Positions 1 through 10,698 of a stretch of DNA of 64,000 nt are shown one piece after another. Position 1 is the first letter of the stretch. Each line of letters opens with the position of its first letter. A program made the translations under genes and the position numbers. The stretch is from Gammaproteobacteria bacterium (GTDB lineage Bacteria > Pseudomonadota > Gammaproteobacteria > SZUA-229), in assembly GCA_029881035.1 (NCBI GenBank), contig JAOUNI010000004.1:7924-71923 (forward strand), read 5' to 3'. The notes under the pieces are model-generated. The model was not told the DNA's origin. It searched no databases and saw only the letters and a list, made by a program, of their open reading frames with translations.

Positions 1-789
1 GAAATGGGTACTCATGATGTTTGGCAAAGTTGGCGATAACAGCACCAAGTACCATCGAGGCAATTAAAAAAGATACGTTAAACCAGAGCGCCAGTCCACC
101 ACAGACAAAAACCAGTCCCAGGGCTTCCATTAATATAGGCTGCCCGGGCTTAATTCTTCCTGTTAAATAGGCTGATGGCAGGCCAAGCAATATGCCAAGA
201 AGAATCGCGCCGGTAATTTCTTTGGTCACTGATAGTAGTGGTGATAGATTGTCAGCATGCCCGTTAAATGTAGATACCAGTGCGATGCCGATAGCAAACA
301 ACATCAGGGCCCAGATATCATCAAGTGCAACAATAGAAAGCAGCATATTCTGGAATGGTGTTTTATCGTCAGATTCCATGACAACATCGAGAACAGCAGC
401 AGGCGCTGTGGCTGAGGCAAAGCAGCCTAATAAAATGGCGATTTCTTTTGCTGTGCCTAGCCAGATCAAGCCCAGGGTAACGATGATAGTTGTGATTATG
501 GCGGTGCTAAGGGAGATCCAGAGTACTTTACCTGCTGAGCATCTCAGGGAGTCCATGGTAAGTTTTCCACCTAGTAGAAAGCCGACCATAAGCAATGCCA
601 TATTGGCAAGAGTTTCAAAAAGATCAAAAAATACCGTTGGAATAATATCGAGCATTTCTTTGCCGATAATTATGCCAAATATTAATAGAAGAGTGACACG
701 CGGTAAAAAGGTGATGCGGCCAAGATGAGAAGTTACCAGGCCAAGTAGAAGAATGCCGCCAAGGGTTAAAAGAAACTGGGATGATTGCA
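1..789 (-). CDS. Cation:proton antiporter-like membrane protein, truncated at the window edge. The start codon is at 787-789 and only the N-terminal part lies in the window.
   Basis: I translated the minus strand by hand from ATG (complement of 787-789). The product reads MQSSQFLLTLGGILLLGLVTSHLGRITFLPRVTLLLIFGIIIGKEMLD... and stays open and hydrophobic to position 1. The N-terminus resembles Na+/H+ exchanger (CPA) family proteins. It is absent from the ORF track because it is edge-truncated, and the antisense ORF 192..728 is listed there instead. Confidence 0.5.
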
Positions 790-852
790 TGTTGAATTTT
801 GCCAATCAGTATCGGCGGTTAATTTCTGTGTTAAAAACATGGTAATACCTGC

Positions 853-3309
853 TTATGTTTTAATCGTCTGCAAAATATTGTTGCGCATTTCTTTACTTAA
901 TAACAATCGTGCGCGGCGGTCTACTTTCAGGAAGGCTTCATTGTATTCCAGATGTTCGTCATCAATGGATTTGAGGTAGTCGGAGTGGATCAGCGTTTCT
1001 ATGAAGTTTGAGATCAGGCGACGATCTGAAAAATCAGGTGCATTTAGTTCGTAGATCATAGCGATACGTTGTGCCATCAGGAAGCAGCTGTTTTCAAGTT
1101 CCGATCGAGGTACTTTTTTCTGGCCATCGCGTAATAGTATTGAAACGGTCAGGTAATAAACTTCGAGTACGGGTGAAATGGTTCTGGCCAGCATGTTCAG
1201 ATGCATATAGGTTGGGTTACCGGAGGCTGGCCGAGTATATACATCTAGCTGTTCGTTTTTTATTAGCAGTTCATGATGCGCCATAGCGTCGAGCATGATG
1301 GTGACAATATCAGCGAGCTCGTGTTCTTCCCAGATTAGGAATAGTTCGGCTTTAACATATGGGTAAGCCAGCGAGATGATGTTGATAATTTCTTCTCGGG
1401 TGTGGGTGCGCATGTTCAGGAAGCAACAGGCGATGAGCGAAGGCATCGCCATCAGATGCAAGATGTTGTTTCTGTAATAGGTCATTGAGATGGATTGTTT
1501 TGCATCTAGAAAAATAATATCACCCAGATCATGGTGGCGCCGCTGAATCATTTTGAGCTTTTCTGCATATTTAATTTGTTCTTTGCCATTTAGTTCGGTG
1601 ATGGTTATATCTTTTGAGAAATTCAGCGAACGAATTAATTGTTTGTAGATATCAATAGTTTGAGCTAGCGCTCTTTCATCAATATGTTGTTTGGGCGTTG
1701 AAAGTAAAGCGGTGGCAATGAGATTTGTTGGATTAACAGCAGTGGCACGATTAATGTTTCGACTTATAGTCTGCGCAAGATGTCGAATGCAGTCTCTTAA
1801 CCACTTCGGACGAGTATTGTCGTTATAGGCTTCTTTATCCCAGTTCGGATGTTTTTCATGCAGCAGTTGATCAAGAATAATCGGCTCCCCAAAACTGGTA
1901 TATACCTTGCCGAAGTTGCCACGGATTTTAAAAATAGATGTAATAGTGGTGATGAGAGTTTCAGATTTTTTGTCCTGGCCTAATAGTTCAGCCTGATAGG
2001 CTTTGCTTTCCATGAGTTTTTCGTAACCAATATAAACAGGAATAAATGCAATAGGTAGTTTTCGTTCTTTAAGAAAGGCGCGTACGGTCATGGAGAGCAT
2101 GCCGGGCATGGGTTTTAATAAACGTCCTGTGCGACTGCGCCCGCCTTCAATAAAATACTCAATGGGCATGCCGGTGGCTAACAGGGTTGAAATATATTCG
2201 AACATCAGGGTTGAATAAAGCTCGTTACCACGGAAGCTCCGGCGTATAAAAAAAGCACCCGCGCCCCGAAGTATGGAGCCTATGACAGGCATGTTTAGGT
2301 TTTTACCGGCCGCAATGTAAGGAATGGCCAGTCCCTCACGGTGAATTACGTAGGACAATAACAAATAATCGATATGGCTACGATGACAGGGCACATAGAC
2401 CAGTTCATGAGTGTGTGAGAGTACGCCGAGTTCTTCACTGTTGCTGACTTCAATACCAGAATAAAATTTGTTCCAGAACGTGGTTAGTAGTCGCTGTAAA
2501 ATTGAAATAGTAATGTTAGTGCAGTCAGCGACTATTTCGTAGAGATAACGTTGTGCCTGTAGAGAGGCTTTGTATTCGCTGATGCCATCTTCGCTGCAGC
2601 GTTTATTAATGGCCGTCTTAACGTTGGGTTTGAGTAACAAATCACGAACCAGCGTACGGCGATGTGAGATATCAGGCCCAAGGGTGGCAGTTTTGATTAT
2701 TTTTTGATGATTAGATAACAGTGCTTGCAGTGAATCGATCACTTCGTCGTTAGTTTTATCATTGAAGTCCGAAGCTTTGATGGTAATGGCTTTGGAGAAA
2801 TTGAGCAGAGTATCGCGGCCATGAAAAAGTATGGTTAGTAACTTACGGCTGGGACCCATCGCCCAGGCATCAGCGAATAACATATCCAGCCAGTTTTTTT
2901 GCTTGGCGACGGGGCGACCCCAGAAGACGGAAACAGGGACGAATTGTAATTGGTCTTCGGGGTGATCACGTAATAGTTCGACAATGCCACGAATCATGCG
3001 CGAGCGCTTGGGTTGTTTTTTTAGCCACGCTTTAAAGGGTTGGCGTGGTGCAATGGTGTAAACCGAGTGCCAGCGTTCCAGGTAAGGTGAGGCAATAGGG
3101 TCAAGCGGTGAGGTAAGGCCGAGGCGTGAGCATTCCTGATTAAGTACCAGTAGACTGGACCAGGCACGGTCATCCAGTACATAGACTACAGGCCATTCCG
3201 GGTTAATACCAAGAGCATCAATGATCTCTGGTCTGCTACGTACTTTTATTACTGAGCCTAATACTCGACCAGCAATTGAGTTAAAAAAACGCCTGATACG
3301 CATCATCAC
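853..3309 (-). CDS. plsB: Glycerol-3-phosphate O-acyltransferase PlsB
   Basis: 818 aa, the length of PlsB. It contains the acyltransferase HX4D motif (VPCHRSHIDYLLL) and the downstream FIEGGRSRTGRLL block typical of PlsB. Confidence 0.9.
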   Translation of the reverse strand: MMMRIRRFFNSIAGRVLGSVIKVRSRPEIIDALGINPEWPVVYVLDDRAWSSLLVLNQECSRLGLTSPLDPIASPYLERWHSVYTIAPRQPFKAWLKKQPKRSRMIRGIVELLRDHPEDQLQFVPVSVFWGRPVAKQKNWLDMLFADAWAMGPSRKLLTILFHGRDTLLNFSKAITIKASDFNDKTNDEVIDSLQALLSNHQKIIKTATLGPDISHRRTLVRDLLLKPNVKTAINKRCSEDGISEYKASLQAQRYLYEIVADCTNITISILQRLLTTFWNKFYSGIEVSNSEELGVLSHTHELVYVPCHRSHIDYLLLSYVIHREGLAIPYIAAGKNLNMPVIGSILRGAGAFFIRRSFRGNELYSTLMFEYISTLLATGMPIEYFIEGGRSRTGRLLKPMPGMLSMTVRAFLKERKLPIAFIPVYIGYEKLMESKAYQAELLGQDKKSETLITTITSIFKIRGNFGKVYTSFGEPIILDQLLHEKHPNWDKEAYNDNTRPKWLRDCIRHLAQTISRNINRATAVNPTNLIATALLSTPKQHIDERALAQTIDIYKQLIRSLNFSKDITITELNGKEQIKYAEKLKMIQRRHHDLGDIIFLDAKQSISMTYYRNNILHLMAMPSLIACCFLNMRTHTREEIINIISLAYPYVKAELFLIWEEHELADIVTIMLDAMAHHELLIKNEQLDVYTRPASGNPTYMHLNMLARTISPVLEVYYLTVSILLRDGQKKVPRSELENSCFLMAQRIAMIYELNAPDFSDRRLISNFIETLIHSDYLKSIDDEHLEYNEAFLKVDRRARLLLSKEMRNNILQTIKT

Positions 3310-3405
3310 AAAAAATCCATATATTAATCAATATTTGGGATAACCATAGCACGATGGCATATGGTGTCTAGCCCGAAAAGGGCAATTTTAAAGATTTATA
3401 ATGCA

Positions 3406-4899
3406 TCATAAATGCTGCTGAATGGGTAGTAGTGAATAGATAATTTTGGCGATGCGCTGCCATAGGTTACGAGCTGGTTGTAAGGTAATGATTTCGTCTT
3501 TGCTCTGCCAGATAAGTTTGCCCCGTTCATTGTATTTAACCTGCCAGAATTTACCTCTATCGAGATCTTCAATAAAGGCCTTCTGTACGGCACTTGTAAG
3601 GTCGGCATTGTGAACGAACAGACCAATCTCGGTATTAAGACATTCAGATCTTGGGTCGAGGTTAAGAGAGCCGACATAGACAGAATCATCATCATAGATA
3701 ATCGACTTCGCGTGCAAGCTTAGGTAGTCAATATTAATGGTCGAGGCTGAATAAGTGGAATGGTATTTCGGTTCAGCCCTAAATTCAAATAGCTCTACGC
3801 CCATAATAAGTAATTGATGACGATAACGTTCGTACCCAGTAAAAACAGGGGTGACATCTATGGACGCCAGTGAATTGGTCAGTACGCGAATATGTACACC
3901 ATTGTTGAGCAATGTTTGTAACGATGCGATGAGAGCTTTACTGGGTATGAAGTAGGCGCTGATAATAGTCAGTTGATTTTTTGTTTGAATGTTTTTTTGA
4001 TAAAGATCATGTGCCATATGATTTTTTTCGATGGAACTGGTATTTGGGATATCATAAAAAATCTGTGCTTTAGCAGCGATTAAATTATTTTTTAATTCTG
4101 GATTGTTGAGTAGATCATTTTTGACAGCATCAATGCGACGAATTGACTGTTGTGATAAAACTAAATTGTTGTTAAGGCGTTTCAACATATAACGGTAATT
4201 AATGCGGCGGGGACGGAATGCGATTAGACGTCGAGCAGTTTTTGATTGTGAGCTGTTCCAGAAGAGGTCAAAGCTGTCAGAAAGTTTCTTGACAGCAACG
4301 CCAGAGACAAGTAAATCAAGATCACGAAATACAAAGGATTTGTTAAGGCCAAAAAATTCGTCACCAATGTTACGTCCACCAATAATTGATGATACATTGT
4401 CAGCAATAAGTAACTTATTATGCATGCGATGATTGAGACGATTTAGGTTCCAGAGTAATTCAAAAGTTTGAAAGAACCGGCTTGACCAACGTCTTTTGAA
4501 TGGATTAAAAATACGCACTTCAATATTATTATGGCGATTAAGTGTAGCAATACGGCGATCTGTGCCTAGGGTATGAATATCATCAAGCAATAGCCGTACC
4601 CGTACACCACGGTCTGCAGCTTCAATTAGTTTACTGATTAGCCACTGGCCTGAAACGTCGGTATGCCAGCTATAGTATTGTGCATCGATACTATATTTCG
4701 CCTGTTCAATCAGCGCGATACGCCATGCGAGGGCTTCATCGTTTTTGTGCAGGGCGAGAAATTTAGCAGGGTATTCGGAAAGAGGTGTTTGCTGGTCGAT
4801 ATTGGTTTCTGTAATGCCAAAGAGCTGCGCCAGTGGTGCAGAGTAATCTGGTGGTATGGCATAGCTGGAATTTTGTTTTATAGGTAAGCGCATAGTCAT
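3406..4899 (-). CDS. Phospholipase D family protein (cardiolipin-synthase-like) with two HKD motifs
   Basis: Two HxK(x)4D-type motifs are present (HNKLLIADN and HAKSIIYDDD) in a 497-aa protein. The overlapping 99-aa ORF 3396..3695 is discounted. Confidence 0.7.
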   Translation of the reverse strand: MTMRLPIKQNSSYAIPPDYSAPLAQLFGITETNIDQQTPLSEYPAKFLALHKNDEALAWRIALIEQAKYSIDAQYYSWHTDVSGQWLISKLIEAADRGVRVRLLLDDIHTLGTDRRIATLNRHNNIEVRIFNPFKRRWSSRFFQTFELLWNLNRLNHRMHNKLLIADNVSSIIGGRNIGDEFFGLNKSFVFRDLDLLVSGVAVKKLSDSFDLFWNSSQSKTARRLIAFRPRRINYRYMLKRLNNNLVLSQQSIRRIDAVKNDLLNNPELKNNLIAAKAQIFYDIPNTSSIEKNHMAHDLYQKNIQTKNQLTIISAYFIPSKALIASLQTLLNNGVHIRVLTNSLASIDVTPVFTGYERYRHQLLIMGVELFEFRAEPKYHSTYSASTINIDYLSLHAKSIIYDDDSVYVGSLNLDPRSECLNTEIGLFVHNADLTSAVQKAFIEDLDRGKFWQVKYNERGKLIWQSKDEIITLQPARNLWQRIAKIIYSLLPIQQHL

Positions 4900-5002
4900 A
4901 GATTAGTACAAATAGGCACAGCAGATGTAAGAATAAGATAATCGGAAGAGAGTATATCGACGGGCTTAAGACATAAGCACTGTTTAAATAAAACCAAGTA
5001 TA

Positions 5003-5434
5003 TTAACTGGCAGTAAATACATCCGGCAGCTTTTTAGTCAGCCGCGATTTAATCTCTTCGACATTTTTATTCTGATAAGCCTGTTTGCCATCAGCACCCC
5101 AGACAACCCCAGGCCAGCAATAGTCATCAACATGTCGTCCGACAATATGAATATGCATTTGATTGACGATATTACCGATGGCAGCAATATTAAGTTTGTC
5201 GACAGCAAAGTTTTGTTTCATGTGATTAGAAATAATGTTAATTTCTTCCAGTAACTCAAGTTGCTGATCATGGGGTAGTTCATAAATTTCAGTAGCCACG
5301 GTATCCGGTACCAGAATAAACCAGGGCACCAGAGAATTATTGAGGAGTAATAATTGACTGGTTTTAAGCTGGCCAAGCACGAAGCAATCATTGGCGAGTC
5401 GAGGATCAAGCTTTAAGATTTGTGAAGTGTTCAT
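5003..5434 (-). CDS. HIT-family hydrolase
   Basis: The histidine-triad motif NQMHIHIVGR (HxHxHxx) lies near the C-terminus of a 143-aa protein. Confidence 0.75.
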   Translation of the reverse strand: MNTSQILKLDPRLANDCFVLGQLKTSQLLLLNNSLVPWFILVPDTVATEIYELPHDQQLELLEEINIISNHMKQNFAVDKLNIAAIGNIVNQMHIHIVGRHVDDYCWPGVVWGADGKQAYQNKNVEEIKSRLTKKLPDVFTAS

Positions 5435-5736
5435 TGAAGATCTTTTATAGGTTGAACCAGAACCCAGGGTTTAACCACAACAGCCCAGACAGTGGCATCG
5501 TTGTTATACCATTCTTTAGCTTGTTGATCAGGCACTAGCATTAATAGTTGTTCCTGCATCCATTTTTCAACCATGGCTTTGTTATCGTTTATAAAACAGG
5601 TTGCGACCTCGATCAGATCTAACTCAGCAGAAACGTAAACAGCCATACCGCTGGCAAAAAAGTATTGCAGTTCATGCCAGGCAATTTTAGAAGTTTCTCC
5701 GACAAGCTGTTGTTTGACATGATCTATATCAGTCAT
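5431..5736 (-). CDS. Hypothetical protein (small, conserved-looking)
   Basis: 101-aa ORF. It overlaps the stop of the upstream gene and its own stop overlaps the HIT gene start by 4 nt, which suggests an operon. No recognisable motif. Confidence 0.4.
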   Translation of the reverse strand: MTDIDHVKQQLVGETSKIAWHELQYFFASGMAVYVSAELDLIEVATCFINDNKAMVEKWMQEQLLMLVPDQQAKEWYNNDATVWAVVVKPWVLVQPIKDLQ

Positions 5737-6134
5737 GATTGTTGGCCAAGTTTATAGGCTTCGATTAAAGCTGTTTTAAGTACCGGTTCAGTATCCAGGT
5801 CATCGATGGATAAAATGCTGCGAGCGACACCGGATACGGCCTCAATAACATTTTGTTCGTGTAAGGCCCGTTCAAAAGCATCAATGTTAAATGTGCCTTC
5901 ACTAAGGAAAGATTTTGCCAGTCCTTTAGCGTCGGAGAAAACCAGATTTTCTGCCTGCAATATTTCATATTCATAAGAATAAAGATCAATGTTATTGCTC
6001 CTTGCTAACTGAGGGTAGAGAGACTGCAGGTCATTTTTTGATTGTATGTGGGCATCTAGATCTATGACCATGGAGGGAGAAAGCTTTTGACCTTTAAAAA
6101 AGAATTCTACGCTAATGACAATGCTATTTTTCAT
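5733..6134 (-). CDS. Hypothetical protein
   Basis: 133-aa ORF in a tail-to-head arrangement with the two downstream genes. Coding-like composition. No motif recognised. Confidence 0.4.
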   Translation of the reverse strand: MKNSIVISVEFFFKGQKLSPSMVIDLDAHIQSKNDLQSLYPQLARSNNIDLYSYEYEILQAENLVFSDAKGLAKSFLSEGTFNIDAFERALHEQNVIEAVSGVARSILSIDDLDTEPVLKTALIEAYKLGQQS

Positions 6135-6180
6135 AAGTTTTATTTATATAGTAAAGACAGATTAATTATTATTTTTGAAA

Positions 6181-7638
6181 TTATACATTCAGAATCTTCA
6201 TCACTGGTTCATTTAAATCAGGATTATCACTAAATCCTGAAACCAGTAATACGGTATTACCTGTTTTTGTCAGTTTGCATTGTCTGGCGATAGAGATACT
6301 TAATTGTTTCCAGTCATGCGTATCATCTTCATTGGCATTGATTGGGATAACGCCCCAGTGCAATGCCAGCTTACGACAAATATGGACATAGGGCGAAACG
6401 CCAAGCAGGGGTGAAGTGGGTCGGCTTGCAGCCAGGATTTGTGCAGTCGTGCCAGTCATTGTTGGCACAACGATACCTTGAAGCTGTAAATCATGAGCTA
6501 ATGATGTGACTGCATAAGAAACAGCTTTTCGTATGGAAAGCTTTGCACCTTTATTTTGATTATTGTCGCGACCACCAAAGTTGTTGTTTTGCCATTGGTG
6601 TGCCTCAATTTCGCGCAGCACACAATTCATTGTTTTTACCGCGTCGATGGGATATTTTCCAACGGCGGTTTCGCCCGAAAGCATGACGGCATCGGTGCCT
6701 AAAAGTGCAGCGTTGGCCACATCGCCAACTTCTGCACGTGTAGGTCGTGAGTGCTCGATCATGGATTCGAGCATTTGTGTAGCGACAATAACTGGACGGT
6801 TTAGATGACGTGCTTTGTGAATTAAATCTTTCTGGATAAGTGGTACCTGTTCGGCAGGAAGTTCAATGCCCAGATCACCACGGGCAACCATAATTCCATA
6901 GGACACACTTAGAATATCATCGATATTAGTAATAGCTTCAGGTTTTTCAATTTTTGCAATTATGGGTATTTGGTTGCCGTTTTTTTGCATGTAGGTATCT
7001 AAAACATGAATATCTTTTTTGTTACGGACGAAACTTAAAGCGACAAAATCGGCGCCCAGCTCCATAGCGAGTTTAACGTCTTTTTTATCCTTGGCCGTGA
7101 AACTTGAAACCGATACTTTCGAGTCAGGTAAATTTATCCCCTTATTATCTTTCAGTATGCCGCCGTGAATAACTTTGCAGCTAATATTCTGGCCACTGAC
7201 TTTTTCGACGCGCAATTCAAGGTTGCCGTCATCAAGAAGAATGCGTTCACCTTTTTTTACGTCTTTGTAGAGATTGGTGTATTGTGATGTTATTAATCCT
7301 GCTTCACCCATGGTTGCACTACAGCTAATCGATACGGTAGAGTTTTTCTTTAATGTGATCTCGCCGGTTTTGAATCTACCGGTACGAATTTTCGGGCCGC
7401 ATAAATCCATAAGAATGGCGATATGTTCATTCAGGCGGTTGGCTGTATCTCTAACTAGCTGGAAAGCAGCGCGATGTTCATCGTGGCTACCATGGGACAT
7501 ATTCAACCTGAAAACATTGACGCCTGCTTTAATCAGCTTTTCCAGCATTTTTGTGCTGGTAGAAGCAGGGCCCAATGTGGCGATAATTTTGGTTCGACGC
7601 CAATGTAAGGAAATATTTTTTGATTGCTTATTAGTCAT
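6181..7638 (-). CDS. pyk: Pyruvate kinase
   Basis: 485 aa with the N-terminal KIIATLGPAS motif, the MSHGS block, and an MVARGDLG-type loop typical of pyruvate kinase. Confidence 0.9.
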   Translation of the reverse strand: MTNKQSKNISLHWRRTKIIATLGPASTSTKMLEKLIKAGVNVFRLNMSHGSHDEHRAAFQLVRDTANRLNEHIAILMDLCGPKIRTGRFKTGEITLKKNSTVSISCSATMGEAGLITSQYTNLYKDVKKGERILLDDGNLELRVEKVSGQNISCKVIHGGILKDNKGINLPDSKVSVSSFTAKDKKDVKLAMELGADFVALSFVRNKKDIHVLDTYMQKNGNQIPIIAKIEKPEAITNIDDILSVSYGIMVARGDLGIELPAEQVPLIQKDLIHKARHLNRPVIVATQMLESMIEHSRPTRAEVGDVANAALLGTDAVMLSGETAVGKYPIDAVKTMNCVLREIEAHQWQNNNFGGRDNNQNKGAKLSIRKAVSYAVTSLAHDLQLQGIVVPTMTGTTAQILAASRPTSPLLGVSPYVHICRKLALHWGVIPINANEDDTHDWKQLSISIARQCKLTKTGNTVLLVSGFSDNPDLNEPVMKILNV

Positions 7639-7739
7639 CTCAGTTTCCCTGTGCAGAGAATGTGTTTGGTGAGAGAATATACCATTAACTTAACCATGAT
7701 AAGAGTATAAAGAAATAGGCATTTGTTGTTATGCTGGAC

Positions 7740-9059
7740 TTAATCCAGCTGTTCAAGCTTCCTGTATAAAGTGCGTTCACTTACACCGAGTTTTTTTGCC
7801 AGTTCCGTCTTATTATCAATACGCTGTATAGCCCATTCTAAATAACGTTTTTCCAGTTCTTTTAGGCTAATTAAATCTGAAAAACAGGCTTTATCATTGT
7901 TATCAGTTTCAATGATACATTCATCAGGTAGATGATGGCTTTCTATAATATCGCCATCAGCCATCAAAGTGGCGCGTTGTACAATATTACATAGCTCGCG
8001 AATATTTCCCGGGAAAGGATATTGCTGAAGTTGTTGCAAAGCCGATTCAGACATGCTCATTTCTAAATCAGGGTAAAACCGCTTTAGCATGGATTCAACT
8101 AATAAAGGAATATCTTCTGTTCGTTCTCTTAATGCAGGTAGATGTAGCGGAAAGGCGCTGATGCGGTAATAAAGATCTTTTCTAAATTCACCTTTATCAA
8201 CCATCACACTTAAATTTCTATGCGTAGCAGAGACCAAACGAAAGTTGGCTTTTAAAGATTCTATGCCACCGACCCGTCTGAATGAGCCGGTCTCCATTAA
8301 GCGTAATAACTTTGTTTGTAAATTGAGTGGAATATCGCCGGTTTCGTCTAAAAATAATGTGCCACCACTGGCGGCTTCAACCAGGCCGATTTTACGAGAT
8401 TGTGCGCCAGTGAAAGAACCTTTTTCATGTCCAAACAATTCGCTTTCAAATAATGTTTCAGTCAGGCCTGAACAGTCTACTGCTACGAATGGGCCTTTGG
8501 CCCGACGGCTGGCTTTGTGAATGGCTTCAGCTACCAGCTCTTTGCCTGTGCCTGATTCGCCCTGAAGTAAAACACTGACATCACTACAGGCTACCCTCTG
8601 CACCATTTCAATAACGGTATTAAAAGCAATCGAGCGCCCCACCAGGCCTTCAGCTTGTGGTCTGGTGCTGGCACATTTAACCGAGGCCATGGTTTCCAGA
8701 AAAAACTTGATCTCACCATTTTCATCATGGATGGGGCTGAGTTGGACATCTACGTGTTCTTCGCCAAATTCGGTATGGTGGACGTGTAAGGAACGTTGTG
8801 CGGTGTTGCTTTCAAGACAGAGTTTTAACGGACAGGTCTCGCCTTCCTGGTCACAGGATTTTTTATAATGATGTGATATTTCGTAACAGTGGCTCTTCCC
8901 ATCCACTTTAAAACCATATTGTTTTTGATAGGCCTCATTGGCAGCCACAATGATGTAATCCCTGCCCATTAATATTGCTGGATTACTATAGCTATTGAGC
9001 AGATCATCGATAAATTTGCCATCATCAAGGCACTTTTTCAAAGTTTCTTCTGGGGACAT
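7740..9059 (-). CDS. Sigma-54-dependent transcriptional activator with an N-terminal sensory (PAS-like, Cys-rich) domain. Candidate sulfide-responsive regulator of the divergent sqr gene.
   Basis: AAA+ sigma-54 interaction domain is present (GESGTGKE Walker A, GAFTGA-like FTGA loop, [10 protein letters not shown]) together with a C-terminal HTH. It is divergent from sqr across a sigma-54 promoter. Confidence 0.8.
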   Translation of the reverse strand: MSPEETLKKCLDDGKFIDDLLNSYSNPAILMGRDYIIVAANEAYQKQYGFKVDGKSHCYEISHHYKKSCDQEGETCPLKLCLESNTAQRSLHVHHTEFGEEHVDVQLSPIHDENGEIKFFLETMASVKCASTRPQAEGLVGRSIAFNTVIEMVQRVACSDVSVLLQGESGTGKELVAEAIHKASRRAKGPFVAVDCSGLTETLFESELFGHEKGSFTGAQSRKIGLVEAASGGTLFLDETGDIPLNLQTKLLRLMETGSFRRVGGIESLKANFRLVSATHRNLSVMVDKGEFRKDLYYRISAFPLHLPALRERTEDIPLLVESMLKRFYPDLEMSMSESALQQLQQYPFPGNIRELCNIVQRATLMADGDIIESHHLPDECIIETDNNDKACFSDLISLKELEKRYLEWAIQRIDNKTELAKKLGVSERTLYRKLEQLD

Positions 9060-9095
9060 AAGTTAGTTGATCCTGTTGATGGCTAATTTAGTATT

Positions 9096-9131
9096 GTCAT
9101 TTATGACAAAGAATCTTGTCATAAATGACGT
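9096..9131. promoter_or_regulatory. Two TGTCA-N4-TGACA-type inverted repeats (TGTCATTTATGACA at 9096-9109 and TGTCATAAATGACg at 9118-9131). Candidate upstream activator sites for the adjacent sigma-54 regulator.
   Basis: Read directly from the sequence. They lie ~100-130 bp upstream of the sigma-54 promoter at 9227-9241, the usual position of enhancer sites. Confidence 0.45.
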
Positions 9132-9226
9132 ATTTGTCATAGTGTTTCTGTATATTTCATTTCCGATTTGGTTCCAGTAAAAAATAAATAACCATATCCT
9201 ATTGTTTTCATTGTTGTTTCAAGAGC

Positions 9227-9242
9227 TGGCCTGAGCCTTGCT
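9227..9242 (+). promoter_or_regulatory. Sigma-54 (-24/-12) promoter for sqr
   Basis: TGGCCTG-AGCC-TTGCT matches the consensus TGGCACG-N4-TTGC with exact GG/GC spacing. It sits ~40 nt upstream of the sqr ATG at 9281. Confidence 0.6.
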
Positions 9243-9280
9243 TAAAGGACATGACTAAATAATATTGATGAGGAAAAAGC

Positions 9281-10552
9281 ATGGCACATATCGTAATAAT
9301 AGGAGCAGGGGTAGGCGGCTTACCCTGTGCTTATGAAATGAGGGAAACTCTGGATAAAGAACATCAGATCTCCGTTATTAATGAACGGGACCATTTTCAA
9401 TTTACGCCCTCAAATCCCTGGGTGGCTGTTGGCTGGCGTACCCAGAAAAATATATCTGTTGCCCTATCGCCGGTGCTGGCTAAAAAAGGCATTAACTTTA
9501 TTCAGGATCGTGTAATTAAGATTGATGCTGAAAATAATACGCTGCAATTAAAAGATGGTAATGCAGTTAAGTATGACTATCTGGTGATTACCACAGGCCC
9601 TAGACTGGCTTTTGAAGAAGTGCCGGGTTCTGGTCCTGAAGGCTTCACGACATCCATTTGCACCACCGAACATGCGGTGGATGCCCTCGACGATTTCAAT
9701 AAACTGATTGAGAATCCGGGTCCTGTAATTATTGGTGCTATGCCTTTTGCCAGTTGTTTTGGTCCTGCTTATGAATTTGCCTTTATTCTTGATTGTGTTC
9801 TGCGTAAAAAACGCATGCGCAGTAAAGTACCAATGACATTTGTAACTTCAGAGCCGTATATTGGCCATCTGGGTCTAGGTGGAGTCGGTGACTCCAGAGG
9901 AATGCTGGAAAGTGATTTGCGTAAGCACCATATAAAATTCATCACAAATGCAAAAACGACCAAAGTTGAAGATGGTATGATGTTCGTTGATGAAATGGAT
10001 GATGCTGGTAATATTAAAAAACAACATGAGCTGCCTTTTAATTACTCAATGATGCTACCGGCATTTAAAGGTGTTGATGCTGTTGCTGAGGTTGAAGGAT
10101 TGTGTAACCCGCGTGGCTTTGTTTTGATTGATGAATACCAGCGCAATCCAAAATATCTGAATATTTATTCCGCTGGTGTATGTGTTGCGATTCCTCCAGT
10201 TGAAGCCACACCAGTGCCAACCGGCGCACCTAAAACGGGTTATATGATTGAATCTATGGCAACTGCGATTGTGCATAATATTGCTCATGAACTGGTTGGT
10301 GAAGAACCGGAAAAATGTGGTACCTGGAATGCTATTTGTCTGGCTGACATGGGTGACACCGGTGCTGCATTCGTGGCACTACCACAAATTCCTCCACGTA
10401 ATGTAACCTGGTTCAAAAAAGGAAAATGGGTGCATCAGGCAAAAATTGGTTTTGAAAAATACTTCATACGTAAGATGAAAAAAGGAAGCACAGATCCTAT
10501 GTACGAGCGCTTTATTCTTAAAATGCTGGGAATTAATAAACTGGAAAAGTAA
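9281..10552 (+). CDS. sqr: Sulfide:quinone oxidoreductase (type I SQR, FAD-dependent)
   Basis: 423 aa with an N-terminal IIGAGVGG FAD-binding fingerprint. Long colinear blocks (FQFTPSNPWVAVGW, GPAYEFA, TSEPYIGHLG, MLPAFKGV, EGLCNPRGFVLIDE, APKTGYMIESM, FEKYFIRKMK) match my recollection of characterised bacterial SQRs. Confidence 0.85.
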   Translation: MAHIVIIGAGVGGLPCAYEMRETLDKEHQISVINERDHFQFTPSNPWVAVGWRTQKNISVALSPVLAKKGINFIQDRVIKIDAENNTLQLKDGNAVKYDYLVITTGPRLAFEEVPGSGPEGFTTSICTTEHAVDALDDFNKLIENPGPVIIGAMPFASCFGPAYEFAFILDCVLRKKRMRSKVPMTFVTSEPYIGHLGLGGVGDSRGMLESDLRKHHIKFITNAKTTKVEDGMMFVDEMDDAGNIKKQHELPFNYSMMLPAFKGVDAVAEVEGLCNPRGFVLIDEYQRNPKYLNIYSAGVCVAIPPVEATPVPTGAPKTGYMIESMATAIVHNIAHELVGEEPEKCGTWNAICLADMGDTGAAFVALPQIPPRNVTWFKKGKWVHQAKIGFEKYFIRKMKKGSTDPMYERFILKMLGINKLEK

Positions 10553-10698
10553 AAAACTGGATTTGCCTGGCAATAAAAAGATAAAAAACCTATATAACAG
10601 ACAGGGATGTCAAAAACTGCATTTCAATTTGTAGTCGATTCCCGTAAAGTTACAGGGGGGTACGGTAATCTATAGTCCATTTAGTAATAAACAATTCT

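Noticed and set aside
192-728. 178-aa plus-strand ORF
   Set aside because: Its translation is low-complexity (S/I/R-rich) and non-protein-like. The opposite strand encodes a coherent hydrophobic antiporter-like protein running off the window edge, so this ORF is an antisense artefact.
785-979. 64-aa plus-strand ORF spanning the plsB/antiporter junction
   Set aside because: It overlaps the 3' end of plsB and the antiporter start on the opposite strand, and its composition is non-coding-like.
3396-3695. 99-aa minus-strand ORF overlapping the PLD-family gene
   Set aside because: It lies entirely inside the 3' part of the 497-aa PLD-family ORF in another frame, with no independent support.
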